Shown here: in pieces, positions 26,274 through 36,049 of the stretch
How positions within the stretch are numbered: the first letter of the stretch is position 1
How the letters are laid out: each line of letters starts with the position of its first letter
Assembly (NCBI GenBank): GCA_035524935.1
Contig: DATLFD010000100.1
Location: 57,152 to 121,151 of the forward strand
From: Gammaproteobacteria bacterium
Lineage (GTDB): Bacteria > Pseudomonadota > Gammaproteobacteria > Steroidobacterales > JACDCP01
DNA length: 64,000 nucleotides
Reading direction: 5' to 3'
The notes under the pieces: generated by a model
The model's database searches: none
Told to the model about the DNA's origin: nothing
What the model saw: the letters and a program-made list of their open reading frames with translations, nothing else
Translations under genes and position numbers: made by a program

Positions 26274-27834
26274 CGAAATAGCGGCGCAGGTGCTCCTCGA
26301 AGCTCACGTCGTCTGCCGCCTCCATGCAGCGCTGCTGAGCGATCGAGCTCGCGGCCGCCTCGCGGAACGCCTCGCGCCGGCCTTCACGCACCTTGCCCAG
26401 CGACAGGAAGTAACTCTTGTGCGCCTGTGACATCTGCAGTGCGAACTCGAAGAACGAGAGGCCGGCATCTCGCATGCCGGCCAGGATGCGCGCGGAGGGC
26501 GTGAGCTCGGGCTGCTCGACCGCCCGGCGCTGCATCTCGAGGGCGGTCTGGTAAGGCCGCGCCGCGTCGCCGGCATCGAGTGCCTCGCAGGGTCCCTGCA
26601 TCCGATCGAGTATTTCGAGCGCCCAATCCCGAAGCGGGCGCCGGCGGTCCCCCGCAACGAGCCTGAGCGCAGGGTCGCGCCCGCGATGCGCGACCGCAAG
26701 ATGATTGGCGTCGAGCGCGGCCTGCTCGTCGGCGCCGATCTGCGGGCTGTCGCGGAGCAGGCAGAAAATCAACAGGCATTCGAGAAAGCGCAACTCATGG
26801 CCATTGGCGCCGACCGGATCGAAGGCGCTGACGTCCAGCGCGCGCAGCTCGACGTATTCGACCCCGTCGCGCCGCAGCGCCTGGGTCGGGCGCTCGCCCG
26901 AGCGCGCAACCCGCTTCGGCCGGATGAGGCTGTAGTACTCGTTCTCGATCTGCAGCACGTTGGCGTTGAGCTGCCGATGCTCGCCATTCACGACCACGCC
27001 GATCCGCTGGTAGTCGGGATGTGGCGTCGTGATCGCTCGAGTCAGATCGGCAACGTACTCGTCCATCCCGTTCAGCGAGATCGCCAGGTTTTTCTGGGTC
27101 GCATTGCGATAACCGAGGTCGCTCATGCGCAGTGACGTCGCGTACGGCTCGTATAGCGTGCCGGCATCGAACTCGGACAGATCGAGCTTTTGGCCGCGCA
27201 CGAAGGATTTGCACACGGCCGGCGAGCTGCCGAACAGGTAGAGAACGATCCACCCGTAGCGGCGAAAGTTACGAAGCAGCTCGAAATAAGCGGTGGAGCG
27301 GAATGTCGCCGGCGCCGCATCGGATCGCTCGACGGCACGGTACACCGGCCAGAACGCTTCCGGCAGCGAATAATTGAAGTGCACGCCGGCGATGGCTTGC
27401 ATCGCGCGGCCGTAGCGGTAACCGAGCCCGCGCCGGTAAACGGTCTTCATGATACCCACGTTGGAGCTGCCGTATCGGGCCAGTGGAATGTCCCCGTCGC
27501 CTGAAACGATGCACGGCATGCTCGTCGCCCAGAGCAGCTCGTCGCCCAGATTCTCGTACACGAACTGATGGAGGTCGCAGAGGAACTGCAGTGTTTCCCA
27601 GGCCTCTGCGAACGGCGGCGTCACCAGCTCCATGAGAGCTTCGGAGAAGTCGGTCGTGATGTACGGATGGGTGAGCGGCGAGCCCAGCACGCCCGGGTGC
27701 GGCCGGCGCGACAGCCGTCCATCGGGCTCGATGCGCAGGGATTCCTTCTCGAGTCCCTTGCGGCCGCCGCCGAGATGCGCGCCCGGATCGTCGGCGAACA
27801 GGGCGGCGAGCCGTTGGTCTAGCAGATCGTGCAC
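26269..27834 (-). CDS. gshA: glutamate--cysteine ligase
   Basis: Collinear with E. coli GshA as I recall it (GSPLTHPYITTDFSEALMELVTP, SMPC, NVLQIENEYYSLIRPKRV, EYVELRALD). The GTG at 27834 gives an E. coli-like length. The track N-terminal extension overlaps the upstream gene. Confidence 0.9.
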   Translation of the reverse strand: MHDLLDQRLAALFADDPGAHLGGGRKGLEKESLRIEPDGRLSRRPHPGVLGSPLTHPYITTDFSEALMELVTPPFAEAWETLQFLCDLHQFVYENLGDELLWATSMPCIVSGDGDIPLARYGSSNVGIMKTVYRRGLGYRYGRAMQAIAGVHFNYSLPEAFWPVYRAVERSDAAPATFRSTAYFELLRNFRRYGWIVLYLFGSSPAVCKSFVRGQKLDLSEFDAGTLYEPYATSLRMSDLGYRNATQKNLAISLNGMDEYVADLTRAITTPHPDYQRIGVVVNGEHRQLNANVLQIENEYYSLIRPKRVARSGERPTQALRRDGVEYVELRALDVSAFDPVGANGHELRFLECLLIFCLLRDSPQIGADEQAALDANHLAVAHRGRDPALRLVAGDRRRPLRDWALEILDRMQGPCEALDAGDAARPYQTALEMQRRAVEQPELTPSARILAGMRDAGLSFFEFALQMSQAHKSYFLSLGKVREGRREAFREAAASSIAQQRCMEAADDVSFEEHLRRYFA

Positions 27835-27857
27835 AGGATGAACCCGCGAGTCCGCGG

Positions 27858-28184
27858 TCAGAACGGGATCCGGCCGGTGAGCATGTCTCTGAACATGACG
27901 AAATCGCCGGCCAGGCTGTAGAACGGGTGACGGAATGTCGCCGGACGATTCTTTTCGAAACAGAAATGGCCGAACCACGCAAAACCGTAGCCGAACACCG
28001 GCGCGAGCCACAACCAGGCCAGCTGCATCTGCAGCAACGCCGCCAGCGCGGTGACGAGCACGAGCGCGGTGCCGGCGAAGTGCAGCCGCCGGCTGTTACG
28101 GTTCGCGTGCTCGGAAAGATAGAACGCGTAGAACTCGCGAAACGAGCCGAAATGCGGCCGGTCGGTCTTGTGAAGCTCGCTCAA
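27858..28184 (-). CDS. DUF962 (Mpo1-like) membrane protein
   Basis: 108 aa. Contains FREFYAFYLSEHANRNSRRLHFAGT and two TM segments. Confidence 0.7.
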   Translation of the reverse strand: MSELHKTDRPHFGSFREFYAFYLSEHANRNSRRLHFAGTALVLVTALAALLQMQLAWLWLAPVFGYGFAWFGHFCFEKNRPATFRHPFYSLAGDFVMFRDMLTGRIPF

Positions 28185-28362
28185 CTGTGGCTGCCTTTGC
28201 CGCGCGCGGCGCCGATTATACGGGAATCCATGCTGCGGGAATCATGGGGCCTGAACCGCCGTCCGGCGCAATCGCACTTTGGCCGCAGCCCGATACGGGC
28301 GGGTGCCGCACCGGGGGCTGCATTTGCTATGCTTGATGGATGAAATCCTTGAGGAATGTTTC

Positions 28363-29130
28363 ATGAGCAGAGCTGCAGGCGCGGTATTGACGCTGTTTCT
28401 CGCACCGGGTGCGTGGGCCGGCGTGGTTTTCCAGATCGAGAGCGTCACTTCGGGCGCAGAGGTGCAACCCCTCGAGATCGCGATAGAAGACGGCAAGATG
28501 GCCGTCACGGGAGATGCCGAGGGCGCCATGATCTACGACGGTGCGGCGCAGTCGATGCTCGCGATCAGCCACAGCGACAAGACGTACATGGTTATCGACA
28601 AGGCAGCCGCCGAACGACTCGCCGCCCAGATCAGTCCCGTCCTCGAGCAGCTCGAGCGCATGCCGCCCGCGCAGCGTGCGCAGATCGAAAAAATGACGGG
28701 CACGAGGCTTCCCGGCGCGAAGCGGCCTCCTGCCGAGACGAAGCTCGTCGATACCGGGCGCAGCGACACGGTCAGCGGCTTCGACTGCGTCTGGTGGGAG
28801 GCGAAGCAAAACGGCCTCACCGTGCGTGAGATGTGCGTGACCCCGAAGAACGAGGTCCCCGGAGGCGGCGACGTGATGGCTGTGCTGTCCGATATGAGCG
28901 AATTCTATGAGGATGTGTTCGCGCAATTCAGCGGCGCCTTCGACTTCGAAATGACGGGCAACCCGTTCGCGGACGTCCGCAACATGGACGGCCTGCCGGT
29001 GAAGACACGCACCTTCCGCGGCAACGAGCTGGAAAGCGAAACCGTTATCATGTCGGCGACCGAAAAAGCCATCGGCCCGAAGCCGTTCCAGCCACCGGAG
29101 GGCTACGAGAGACGCAGCATCGGCGGCTGA
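28363..29130 (+). CDS. secreted protein of unknown function (DUF4412-like)
   Basis: Start MSRAAGAVLTLFLAPGAWAG (signal peptide) preceded by GAGGAA. The family call is tentative. Confidence 0.6.
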   Translation: MSRAAGAVLTLFLAPGAWAGVVFQIESVTSGAEVQPLEIAIEDGKMAVTGDAEGAMIYDGAAQSMLAISHSDKTYMVIDKAAAERLAAQISPVLEQLERMPPAQRAQIEKMTGTRLPGAKRPPAETKLVDTGRSDTVSGFDCVWWEAKQNGLTVREMCVTPKNEVPGGGDVMAVLSDMSEFYEDVFAQFSGAFDFEMTGNPFADVRNMDGLPVKTRTFRGNELESETVIMSATEKAIGPKPFQPPEGYERRSIGG

Positions 29131-29251
29131 TACCCGGCGGCCGTGCGCCGGCCCGAGGAACACGGGCCCGGCAGCAAGGTCGAATTCAGTGGCCGTTCAG
29201 GCACGGCATTGCAGCCTTGCAACAAGAGCCGGTCCGTGCCGGAGACGAAGC

Positions 29252-29605
29252 ATGATTCTCAGATATTCCATCGCGCTGCTCGCTTTCCTGCTGGCTTCGG
29301 CACCGGCGCGCGCCGATGCCATGCGTTGCGGCAGCAAGCTGGTCACCGACGGCGATTCCGCCGCCAAGGTCCTGAACCGCTGCGGTGAGCCTGAGCAGAT
29401 CGTCGAAACCCTGGTTTACCGGACTTTCCGGCCTTTGCATTTCCAGGGCACGCACGCATTTCCGGTCGGCATCGAGACCACGGTCGGAATTCTCGTCGAA
29501 AAATGGACCTATAATTTCGGTCCGCTGAAGCTCATGCGCGTGCTGCACTTCGAGAACGGGTATCTCGTCGAGGTCGAGACGCTCGGGTACGGATACCACG
29601 ATTAG
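29252..29605 (+). CDS. DUF2845-like small secreted protein
   Basis: Start MILRYSIALLAFLLASAPARA (signal peptide) preceded by GGAGACG. Contains MRCGSKLV...CGEP. Confidence 0.65.
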   Translation: MILRYSIALLAFLLASAPARADAMRCGSKLVTDGDSAAKVLNRCGEPEQIVETLVYRTFRPLHFQGTHAFPVGIETTVGILVEKWTYNFGPLKLMRVLHFENGYLVEVETLGYGYHD

Positions 29606-29656
29606 GACCGGCTTCATTCGACCGGCGGCGCTCGCACGCAAGCCGTTACGCCCCAG

Positions 29657-29700
29657 AAAAAAAAAGCGCCACGGCCCGAGCGTAAGCCGGACCGTGGCGC
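29657..29700 (-). terminator. rho-independent terminator (minus strand)
   Basis: The minus strand reads GCGCCACGG...CCGTGGCGC followed by nine T (A-run 29657-29665 on plus). It lies about 200 nt downstream of the ThrC-like gene stop. Confidence 0.7.
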
Positions 29701-29904
29701 GAGAGCCGTTGGCATACGGCATCAGGAGGAACTTCGTTCAGGCGTCGGGGACGCTCCGCCAGTCAGTGGACAACCTCGTCGCTCGTCCGGGCAGGCCGGA
29801 CGGCACAGTCGATTTCAGCCAAGCAAGACGCGTGCCATCGCCGCGCTGCCGCCACTGTCACGGACCCGGACCGGGGTACCGCCGAGCGGGGGTGACGCGC
29901 AGCG

Positions 29905-31215
29905 TCAGAAACCGGCTGCGCACGTCACCTTGCACGCCGCCCCGCGCTGTGCCGCGCCGGCGTCGAGCCGCTGGCGCAGATCAGGCCAGTACTTCTCGAA
30001 CGCGCCGGTGTTGACGCATACGACACGTTCGCCGCGCCTTATCAATTTTCGTTCGACGCAGGCGTCGAGCACCGCCAGTGTCGCCGCCCCTTCCGGGCCG
30101 ATGCGCCATCGGCGGGCACGATGGAACTCCGCGAGCGTGTCCGCGATCGCCTGCTCACTGACCGCCAGCGCAGCGCCACCGCTCTCGCGCAGGATCTTGA
30201 GCACCTGCAGGTGTCCCTGGCCGCCGGGGACATTGAGCCCCGTGGCAAGGGTCGCGCGCGGCGTGACCGGCACAGTATCGTCGCGTCCGGCGTCGAATGC
30301 CTCGACAATGGGTGCAGTGCTTTCGCTCTGCACTGCGATGAAACGCGGACGCCGCGAATCGGCAAGTCCAAGGGCCTCGAGCTCTGCGAACGCCTTCCAC
30401 ATGCCGATGATGCCGGTGCCGCCGCCGGTCGGAAAAACGATCGTATCGGGCAGACTCCAGTCGTCGCCATTCATCCCGTTGCGCGGCTCGGCAATCTCGA
30501 GGCCCAGCGTCTTCTTGCCCTCGATGCGCCAGCCGGGCTCCCGCAAGGCAGCCGCGTTGAAGTAGCCGGCGGCCACAAGACTGCGCTCGACCAGCTCGGC
30601 CGCCTCGCGAATCGTCCCTTGCACGAGATCGAGACGGATGCCCGGGTTCGTTTTCGAAAGCGCCGCCACGCGCTCGAGGATCGGCAGCGGCGTATCCGCG
30701 GGCATCACGACCGCGGCCGCGAGGCCGGCGTGCACCGCATAGGTCGAGAGCGAATCGCCGGCATTACCCTGGGTGGGCACGGCCAGCCGGCCGAGCCCGA
30801 GCGCACGCGCCATCGATACGGTCATGGCCATGCCGCGATCCTTGAACGACAAGGTCGGATTCGCGCCGTAGCCGGGCATCGGCATGCCCTCCTCCTTGAG
30901 CCAGAGGCAAAATCCGTGCTGCCGGGCCTGCGGGAGATCGTGCAGGTCGAGCAGCGGCGTATGGCCTTCGCCGCAAGTGACGATCGAACGCCGGTCGGCG
31001 GGGTCATCGTAATCGAGCGCGAGCAGTCCGCCGAAGCGCCACATGTTGCGCCGCTCCGGCCGATACCACGCGGCTCCGGGACGGTCGGCCGCGAGGCGGT
31101 CGATATCGAGCACGATCTCGACCGGCCGCCGGTCCCGCGGGCACAGGTTCATGATCGTGTCGGGCGGGAAGCGTTCGCCGCAGCCCGAGCAGCGCAGATG
31201 CAGCCGGTAGCTCAC
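29905..31215 (-). CDS. threonine synthase-like PLP enzyme with N-terminal zinc ribbon
   Basis: The GTG at 31215 gives (M)SYRLHLRCSGCGERF...NLCP. PLP-lysine region NPTLSFKDRG. Glycine loop PTGGGTGIIG. Confidence 0.8.
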   Translation of the reverse strand: MSYRLHLRCSGCGERFPPDTIMNLCPRDRRPVEIVLDIDRLAADRPGAAWYRPERRNMWRFGGLLALDYDDPADRRSIVTCGEGHTPLLDLHDLPQARQHGFCLWLKEEGMPMPGYGANPTLSFKDRGMAMTVSMARALGLGRLAVPTQGNAGDSLSTYAVHAGLAAAVVMPADTPLPILERVAALSKTNPGIRLDLVQGTIREAAELVERSLVAAGYFNAAALREPGWRIEGKKTLGLEIAEPRNGMNGDDWSLPDTIVFPTGGGTGIIGMWKAFAELEALGLADSRRPRFIAVQSESTAPIVEAFDAGRDDTVPVTPRATLATGLNVPGGQGHLQVLKILRESGGAALAVSEQAIADTLAEFHRARRWRIGPEGAATLAVLDACVERKLIRRGERVVCVNTGAFEKYWPDLRQRLDAGAAQRGAACKVTCAAGF

Positions 31216-31355
31216 GCGGAGAGTATGCCATCGGCGCCGACCCTGGAGTCGGTCGCCGCTGGCTCGCAGCAAAGTCGCTGGCAGCGGAAACCTTTTGGGG
31301 TCCGACCCGTTTTGCCGCACAATGCATGGGCCATTGCAATGCCGGGGAGTCGCCC

Positions 31356-31757
31356 ATGGCTGGCAGAAATCCGTTGCGCCGCATCCTCGATCGTGCGTCC
31401 GGGCCGACGACCTTCATCGGCGAGGATGCATGCTTCACCGGCAATATAGAGGGCGACGGCCACTACGTCGTGTGCGGCGCTGTCATCGGCGACGGCAAGC
31501 TCGACGGCCCGGTCACCATCGCCGCGAGCGGTCGCTGGAAAGGCCGCATCGAAGGCACTGATATCGTCATCGCCGGTGAAGTCGAAGGCGACGTGCTTGC
31601 GCACGGCAGGCTCGAGATCGCGGCGGCGGCGCGCATCTCGGGCAATCTGTCCGGGCGCTCGGTCGCCATTGCCGAGGGCGCGGTCATCGAAGGCGGCGTG
31701 AACGTGCAGGGCGACCTGCCGCTGATTACGTTTACCGAAAAGCGGAAGTCGGACTGA
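31356..31757 (+). CDS. bactofilin-family protein
   Basis: Beta-helical repeats (FTGNIEGDGHYVVCGAVIGDGKLDGPVTIAASGRWKGRIEGTDIVIAGEVEGDV...). The start could be 31326 or 31356. Confidence 0.75.
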   Translation: MAGRNPLRRILDRASGPTTFIGEDACFTGNIEGDGHYVVCGAVIGDGKLDGPVTIAASGRWKGRIEGTDIVIAGEVEGDVLAHGRLEIAAAARISGNLSGRSVAIAEGAVIEGGVNVQGDLPLITFTEKRKSD

Positions 31758-31775
31758 CCGGGCTGGCGGGCGCAG

Positions 31776-31817
31776 GGCCGAATTCATTCGCATTGGCGGA
31801 TTGAAATCCGCCCTACG
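31776..31817. repeat. REP pair (type B-like then type A)
   Basis: GGCCGAATTCATTCGC at 31776-31791 and GGCGGATTGAAATCCGCCCTACG at 31795-31817. Confidence 0.8.
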
Positions 31818-33996
31818 GGCCGCAGCCGTTGAGCGCCGCTATCCACTCACCGAGCAGGCTCGCGCCAGCCTCGTCGACGACGTTGGTCGCGAGCGGCGGC
31901 ATCGCATTGGCGTCGCGCCGGCGCATGCGCTCGAGGAGCACCGAGCGTTCCGGCGCGCCCGGCGCGATGATCCGTGCGTCGGCGATGCCGAGGTCGCCGG
32001 CCTGAGGTACCGTGTCGCACGCGCCCGTGTCGCGCAGCGCCGTGCCATGTCGCAGATCGAGCGGCGCCGATCCACCCGGCCTGTGGCATTGCGCGCAGTT
32101 GGTGTGCAGGTAGGCGCGGGCACGCTCCGCGAGGGGCGCTGATGCGTCGAACGGATCGGCCAGTCGCGGCAGCGCGTCCGGCTCACCCGCAAGCGGCGAA
32201 TCGAGCAGCAGGATGGCGTCGTAGGTCGCGAGCTGATTCGCCGTGCGGCCCGTCGCGGCGTAGGTGAAATCGCGATTGAGCTGCGGGATTTCCGCACCGA
32301 GGCTGAAACCGGCCGCGGCAGTGTGGCATTCGAGGCATTGCGCTCCGCTCGGATAGATCCAGGTCTGGCCGTCGAAGTCGCGCGTCTTGCCGCCTTCGAC
32401 GAGGCTCGCGTCGCTGCTGTCGTCCGCCCACTCGTAGCTGTAGCCGGCCCAGACCCCGTCGGGATGGCGCATGAAGAGCCGCGTCTCGACGAGCCGGTCG
32501 TCCAGCACGAAATGCTTCATGAGCACGCTGCCCGGCGGAAAAATGAAATCGCCGGCACCGTCGATCGACGCCGTGGTGCCGTCCGGCAACGCGAGCCAGC
32601 GCTGCTTGTCCGCGCCGTCCGACCAGAACGGCGCGTTGATGGCATAAGGGATGAGCCCAGCCGCCGGCGCGGCAGGATCGGCGGGGTCGACGCAGCCGGT
32701 CGCGGAGAGCTGCACCGGCACCGCAGCGCCCGTGCCCGGCGCCGCGGCCGCCAGGCGATGGAGATTGCCGCCTGCGAAATCTACGACATAGACCTCGCCG
32801 GCGATGTCCTGCCCGAACGACGCGATCGACAGGCTGGTCTGCGCGAGCTCGACCGGATCCGGCGTGCCGGCGCCATCGTCGAGCGCCCAGATCGTGCCGC
32901 TGCCGAAATCACCGTATACGAAGCTTCCGGCCAATGCGGGAATGTCGGCGCCGCGGTACACGTAGCCGCCGGTGATGGAAATGCCCTCGGCATGCGAGTA
33001 CTCGGCGACGGGATCGATGAGGCCGGCGGTGTCGCAGCTCGATGCATTGAAGCAGTGCGCGCCCTCGCGCACGTTCCAGCCGTAATTGCCACCGCGCTCG
33101 ACCCGATTCACTTCTTCCCAGCTCGACTGGCCGACGTCGCCGAGCATGAGCACGCCGGTCCCGGTATCGAAGCTCCAGCGCCAGGGATTGCGGAAGCCCC
33201 AGGCATAGATCTCCGGGCAGCCGCTGCCGCAGCCGGCGCTCGCCGCGAACGGGTTGTCCGCGGGGATCGCGTAAGGCGCCGCGCCATCGACGTCGATGCG
33301 CAACAGTGCGCCGAACCAGTTCGAGGTGTCCTGGCCGTTGCCGAGCGGATCGCCGACCGAGCCGCCGTCGCCGAAGCCGATGTACAAAAACCCGTCGGGG
33401 CCGAACTCGATGTGGCCGCCGTTGTGGTTGCCGAACGGCTGGTCGAGTGTGAGTATGACTTCCTCGCTGGCTGCATCGAGCGTCTGGCCGCCGTCGGCGC
33501 TGCGGAAACGTGACACGTGGGACACGAGCGGCGAGCCGGCCCGCGTATAGGAGAGAAACGCCTCGCCGTTGGCTGCGAATTCCGGATGGAATGCCAAACC
33601 GAGCAGACCGGCCTCCTGCGGCCCGTCCTCGACACGACTCGCGATGTCGATGAAGACCTCTGCGCCGGATACGCCCGCATCGTTGTCGAAGGCGCGCACG
33701 CGCCCGGCGCGTTCCACGACGAACCAGCGCGAGCCGTCGCCGGGCGCCTGGCGCAGGCCGAGCGGTTGGTCGAATGCGGGCAGCGCGGCAAAAACCCGCT
33801 CGACCTCGACCGCCAGCTCGCTGCCGGCGCGCGCCGGCGCCACGCAGTCCGGGTTCGAGGGCCGCGCATCGAGGCCCGAGGACGGCGGAAGCGCCGGCGG
33901 CGGAGCCCCCGGCGCACTGCCGCCGCCGCCACCACCGCAGGCCGAGGCCAGCAGCGCGCCGAGCGCGATTGCGGCCAATCGGCTGTGAAACCGCAC
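31813..33996 (-). CDS. PQQ-dependent sugar dehydrogenase (SGDH)-like beta-propeller fused to a di-heme-motif C-terminal domain, lipoprotein
   Basis: The GTG at 33996 gives a lipoprotein signal (LGALLASAC). SGDH motifs GLLGLAFHPEF and NHNGGHIEFGPDGFLYIGFGDGG. Two CxxCH motifs (CLECH, CAQCH). Confidence 0.8.
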   Translation of the reverse strand: MRFHSRLAAIALGALLASACGGGGGGSAPGAPPPALPPSSGLDARPSNPDCVAPARAGSELAVEVERVFAALPAFDQPLGLRQAPGDGSRWFVVERAGRVRAFDNDAGVSGAEVFIDIASRVEDGPQEAGLLGLAFHPEFAANGEAFLSYTRAGSPLVSHVSRFRSADGGQTLDAASEEVILTLDQPFGNHNGGHIEFGPDGFLYIGFGDGGSVGDPLGNGQDTSNWFGALLRIDVDGAAPYAIPADNPFAASAGCGSGCPEIYAWGFRNPWRWSFDTGTGVLMLGDVGQSSWEEVNRVERGGNYGWNVREGAHCFNASSCDTAGLIDPVAEYSHAEGISITGGYVYRGADIPALAGSFVYGDFGSGTIWALDDGAGTPDPVELAQTSLSIASFGQDIAGEVYVVDFAGGNLHRLAAAAPGTGAAVPVQLSATGCVDPADPAAPAAGLIPYAINAPFWSDGADKQRWLALPDGTTASIDGAGDFIFPPGSVLMKHFVLDDRLVETRLFMRHPDGVWAGYSYEWADDSSDASLVEGGKTRDFDGQTWIYPSGAQCLECHTAAAGFSLGAEIPQLNRDFTYAATGRTANQLATYDAILLLDSPLAGEPDALPRLADPFDASAPLAERARAYLHTNCAQCHRPGGSAPLDLRHGTALRDTGACDTVPQAGDLGIADARIIAPGAPERSVLLERMRRRDANAMPPLATNVVDEAGASLLGEWIAALNGCGP

Positions 33997-34081
33997 TGTC
34001 TCGAGGTCCGTGTTTATGCCGCCTCCCTTGCCGCGGTTCCCTGTCTTGAGACCCCCGATTCGCGTTAAAGTCGCTCCCTTC

Positions 34082-34858
34082 ATGTCAGAGAGTCCAGCCG
34101 AGTCGCCGCTCCCGGAGCTGATCGCGCACCGCGGCTTCGCGGCGCGCTATCCCGAGAATACCCGTATCGCGCTGCGCGCGGCACTGGAGCTCGGCGTCCG
34201 CTACGTCGAGTTCGACGTGCAGCTCACAGCCGACGGCATACCGGTGCTGCTGCATGACGCCGACCTGGCGCGCACCTCCGGCACCGCGGGCAACGTGCTC
34301 GACATGAGCCTGCGAGAGCTGGTCGGCGTGCGCGTCGGGGAGCCCGCACGCTTCGGCGACAGGTTCAGCGAGCCGGTGCCCCTGCTCGAGGACATCGTGC
34401 GCCTGCTGTCCGCCTATCCCGGCGCGCGGGCTTTCGTCGAGATCAAGCGGGCGGCCCTGCGACGATTCGGCATTCCGCACGTGCTCGAGCGCGTCATTCG
34501 CTGCCTCGAGCCCGTGAGCGATCGTTGCGCGGTCATCTCCTTCGAGTATCACGCCGCGCAGCAGGCCCGGCAACTGGGCGCGCGCGAGGTAGGCTGGGTT
34601 ATCGATGCCTGGCACGATCGCATCCGCGGTGCCGCCGTCACGCTCGCGCCGGACTATCTCTTCGTCGACCATCAGCTGCTGCCGCCCGTTCCGCAGTCGC
34701 TCTGGCGTGGTCCCTGGCGCTGGGTGGCTTACGAGGTCGACGATCCCGCGCTCGCGCTCGCGCTCGCCGCACGCGGTATCGATCTCATCGAGACCATGGC
34801 CATCGGCTCGATGCTCGAGGACGAGCGCCTCCGCAAAAGGGCTGCCATTGCCCGCTGA
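34082..34858 (+). CDS. glycerophosphodiester phosphodiesterase
   Basis: Start MSESPAES. GDPD motifs AHRGFAARYPENT and EFDVQLTADG. Confidence 0.85.
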   Translation: MSESPAESPLPELIAHRGFAARYPENTRIALRAALELGVRYVEFDVQLTADGIPVLLHDADLARTSGTAGNVLDMSLRELVGVRVGEPARFGDRFSEPVPLLEDIVRLLSAYPGARAFVEIKRAALRRFGIPHVLERVIRCLEPVSDRCAVISFEYHAAQQARQLGAREVGWVIDAWHDRIRGAAVTLAPDYLFVDHQLLPPVPQSLWRGPWRWVAYEVDDPALALALAARGIDLIETMAIGSMLEDERLRKRAAIAR

Positions 34859-34882
34859 CGTGCCCCGCGCGGCGCCGCGGGC

Positions 34883-36049
34883 ATGAGATACGACGTCGTC
34901 GTCATCGGCGGCGGCATCAACGGCGCGGGGGTCGCGCAGGCGGCTGCCGCGGCCGGGCATTCGGTGCTGCTCGTCGAGAAGAGCAGGCTCGCCGCCGGCG
35001 CATCGAGCCGTTCGAGCAAGCTCATCCACGGCGGGCTGCGCTACCTGGAAAGCGGCAACCTCCAGCTCGTGCGCGAGGGCTTGCGCGAACGTCGGCTGCT
35101 GCTGCGCCTGGCGCCCGATCTCGTGCATCTGCGTGCCTTCCATATTCCGGTTTATCCCGAGACGCGGCGGCGGCCGTGGTTGTTGCGCGTGGCCTTGTCG
35201 ATCTACGCCCTGCTGGGCGGAGTGCGGCACACCGCAGGTTTCCGCGCCGTGGCGCGGCGCGACTGGGAGGCACTGGATGGTCTGCGCACCGATCGCCTGC
35301 AGGCTGTGTTTCGCTATTACGATGCACAGACGGACGACGCTGCGCTGACCGAGGCCGTGATGAGATCGGCGATGGCGCTCGGCGCAGAGCTCGCCCTGCC
35401 GGCGGAGTTCGCCGGTGCCGACCTCTTCCCGGATGGTTGCCGCATCGATTACTCCACTGCGACGGGCGGGCGCACGGTCGAGGCGAAGGTCATGGTCAAT
35501 GCCGCCGGCGCGTGGATCGACCGCGTGACGCGCGGCATCCGGCCGCCCGTCGCGATGCCGCCGATTGAGCTCGTGCAGGGCGCGCACATCGTGCTGCGCG
35601 GCGAGCTCCAGAGGGGCCTCTACTATGTCGAAAGCCCGCGTGACGGCCGCGCGGTGTTCGTCATGCCCTGGCATGCCGGGCAGGTGCTCGTCGGTACGAC
35701 GGAAACGCGTTTTCGCGGCGATCCGGACCGGGTACGCCCGCTGACCGCGGAGGTGAATTATCTGCAGTCCGTGCTGCGCTACTACTTTCCGCGTTTCGTC
35801 CGGCCCGAGTTGCTCGATGCATTCGCCGGCCTGCGCGTGCTGCCCGCCGGCATCGGGCATGTTTTTCACCGATCGCGCGAGACGGTGCTCGGCACGGACA
35901 GGATGCTGCGCCCGCGAGTGCTGACCGTCATGGGCGGCAAGCTGACGAGCTACCGCGCGACCGCCGGGCGTGTCATGCAACGCCTCGAGCCCTCCCTGCC
36001 CCGGCGGCAGCCGCGCGCGCGCACCGACCGGCTCCGGCTCGAGCCGTGA
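34883..36049 (+). CDS. FAD-dependent glycerol-3-phosphate dehydrogenase/oxidase
   Basis: DVVVIGGGINGAG dinucleotide fold and SSRSSKLIHGGLRYL. Confidence 0.85.
   Translation: MRYDVVVIGGGINGAGVAQAAAAAGHSVLLVEKSRLAAGASSRSSKLIHGGLRYLESGNLQLVREGLRERRLLLRLAPDLVHLRAFHIPVYPETRRRPWLLRVALSIYALLGGVRHTAGFRAVARRDWEALDGLRTDRLQAVFRYYDAQTDDAALTEAVMRSAMALGAELALPAEFAGADLFPDGCRIDYSTATGGRTVEAKVMVNAAGAWIDRVTRGIRPPVAMPPIELVQGAHIVLRGELQRGLYYVESPRDGRAVFVMPWHAGQVLVGTTETRFRGDPDRVRPLTAEVNYLQSVLRYYFPRFVRPELLDAFAGLRVLPAGIGHVFHRSRETVLGTDRMLRPRVLTVMGGKLTSYRATAGRVMQRLEPSLPRRQPRARTDRLRLEP

Noticed and set aside
29694-30014. 106-aa plus-strand ORF in the region downstream of the ThrC-like gene
   Set aside because: It is Arg/Pro-rich, has no RBS, and overlaps the 3' end of the ThrC-like CDS in antisense. 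It is treated as non-coding.
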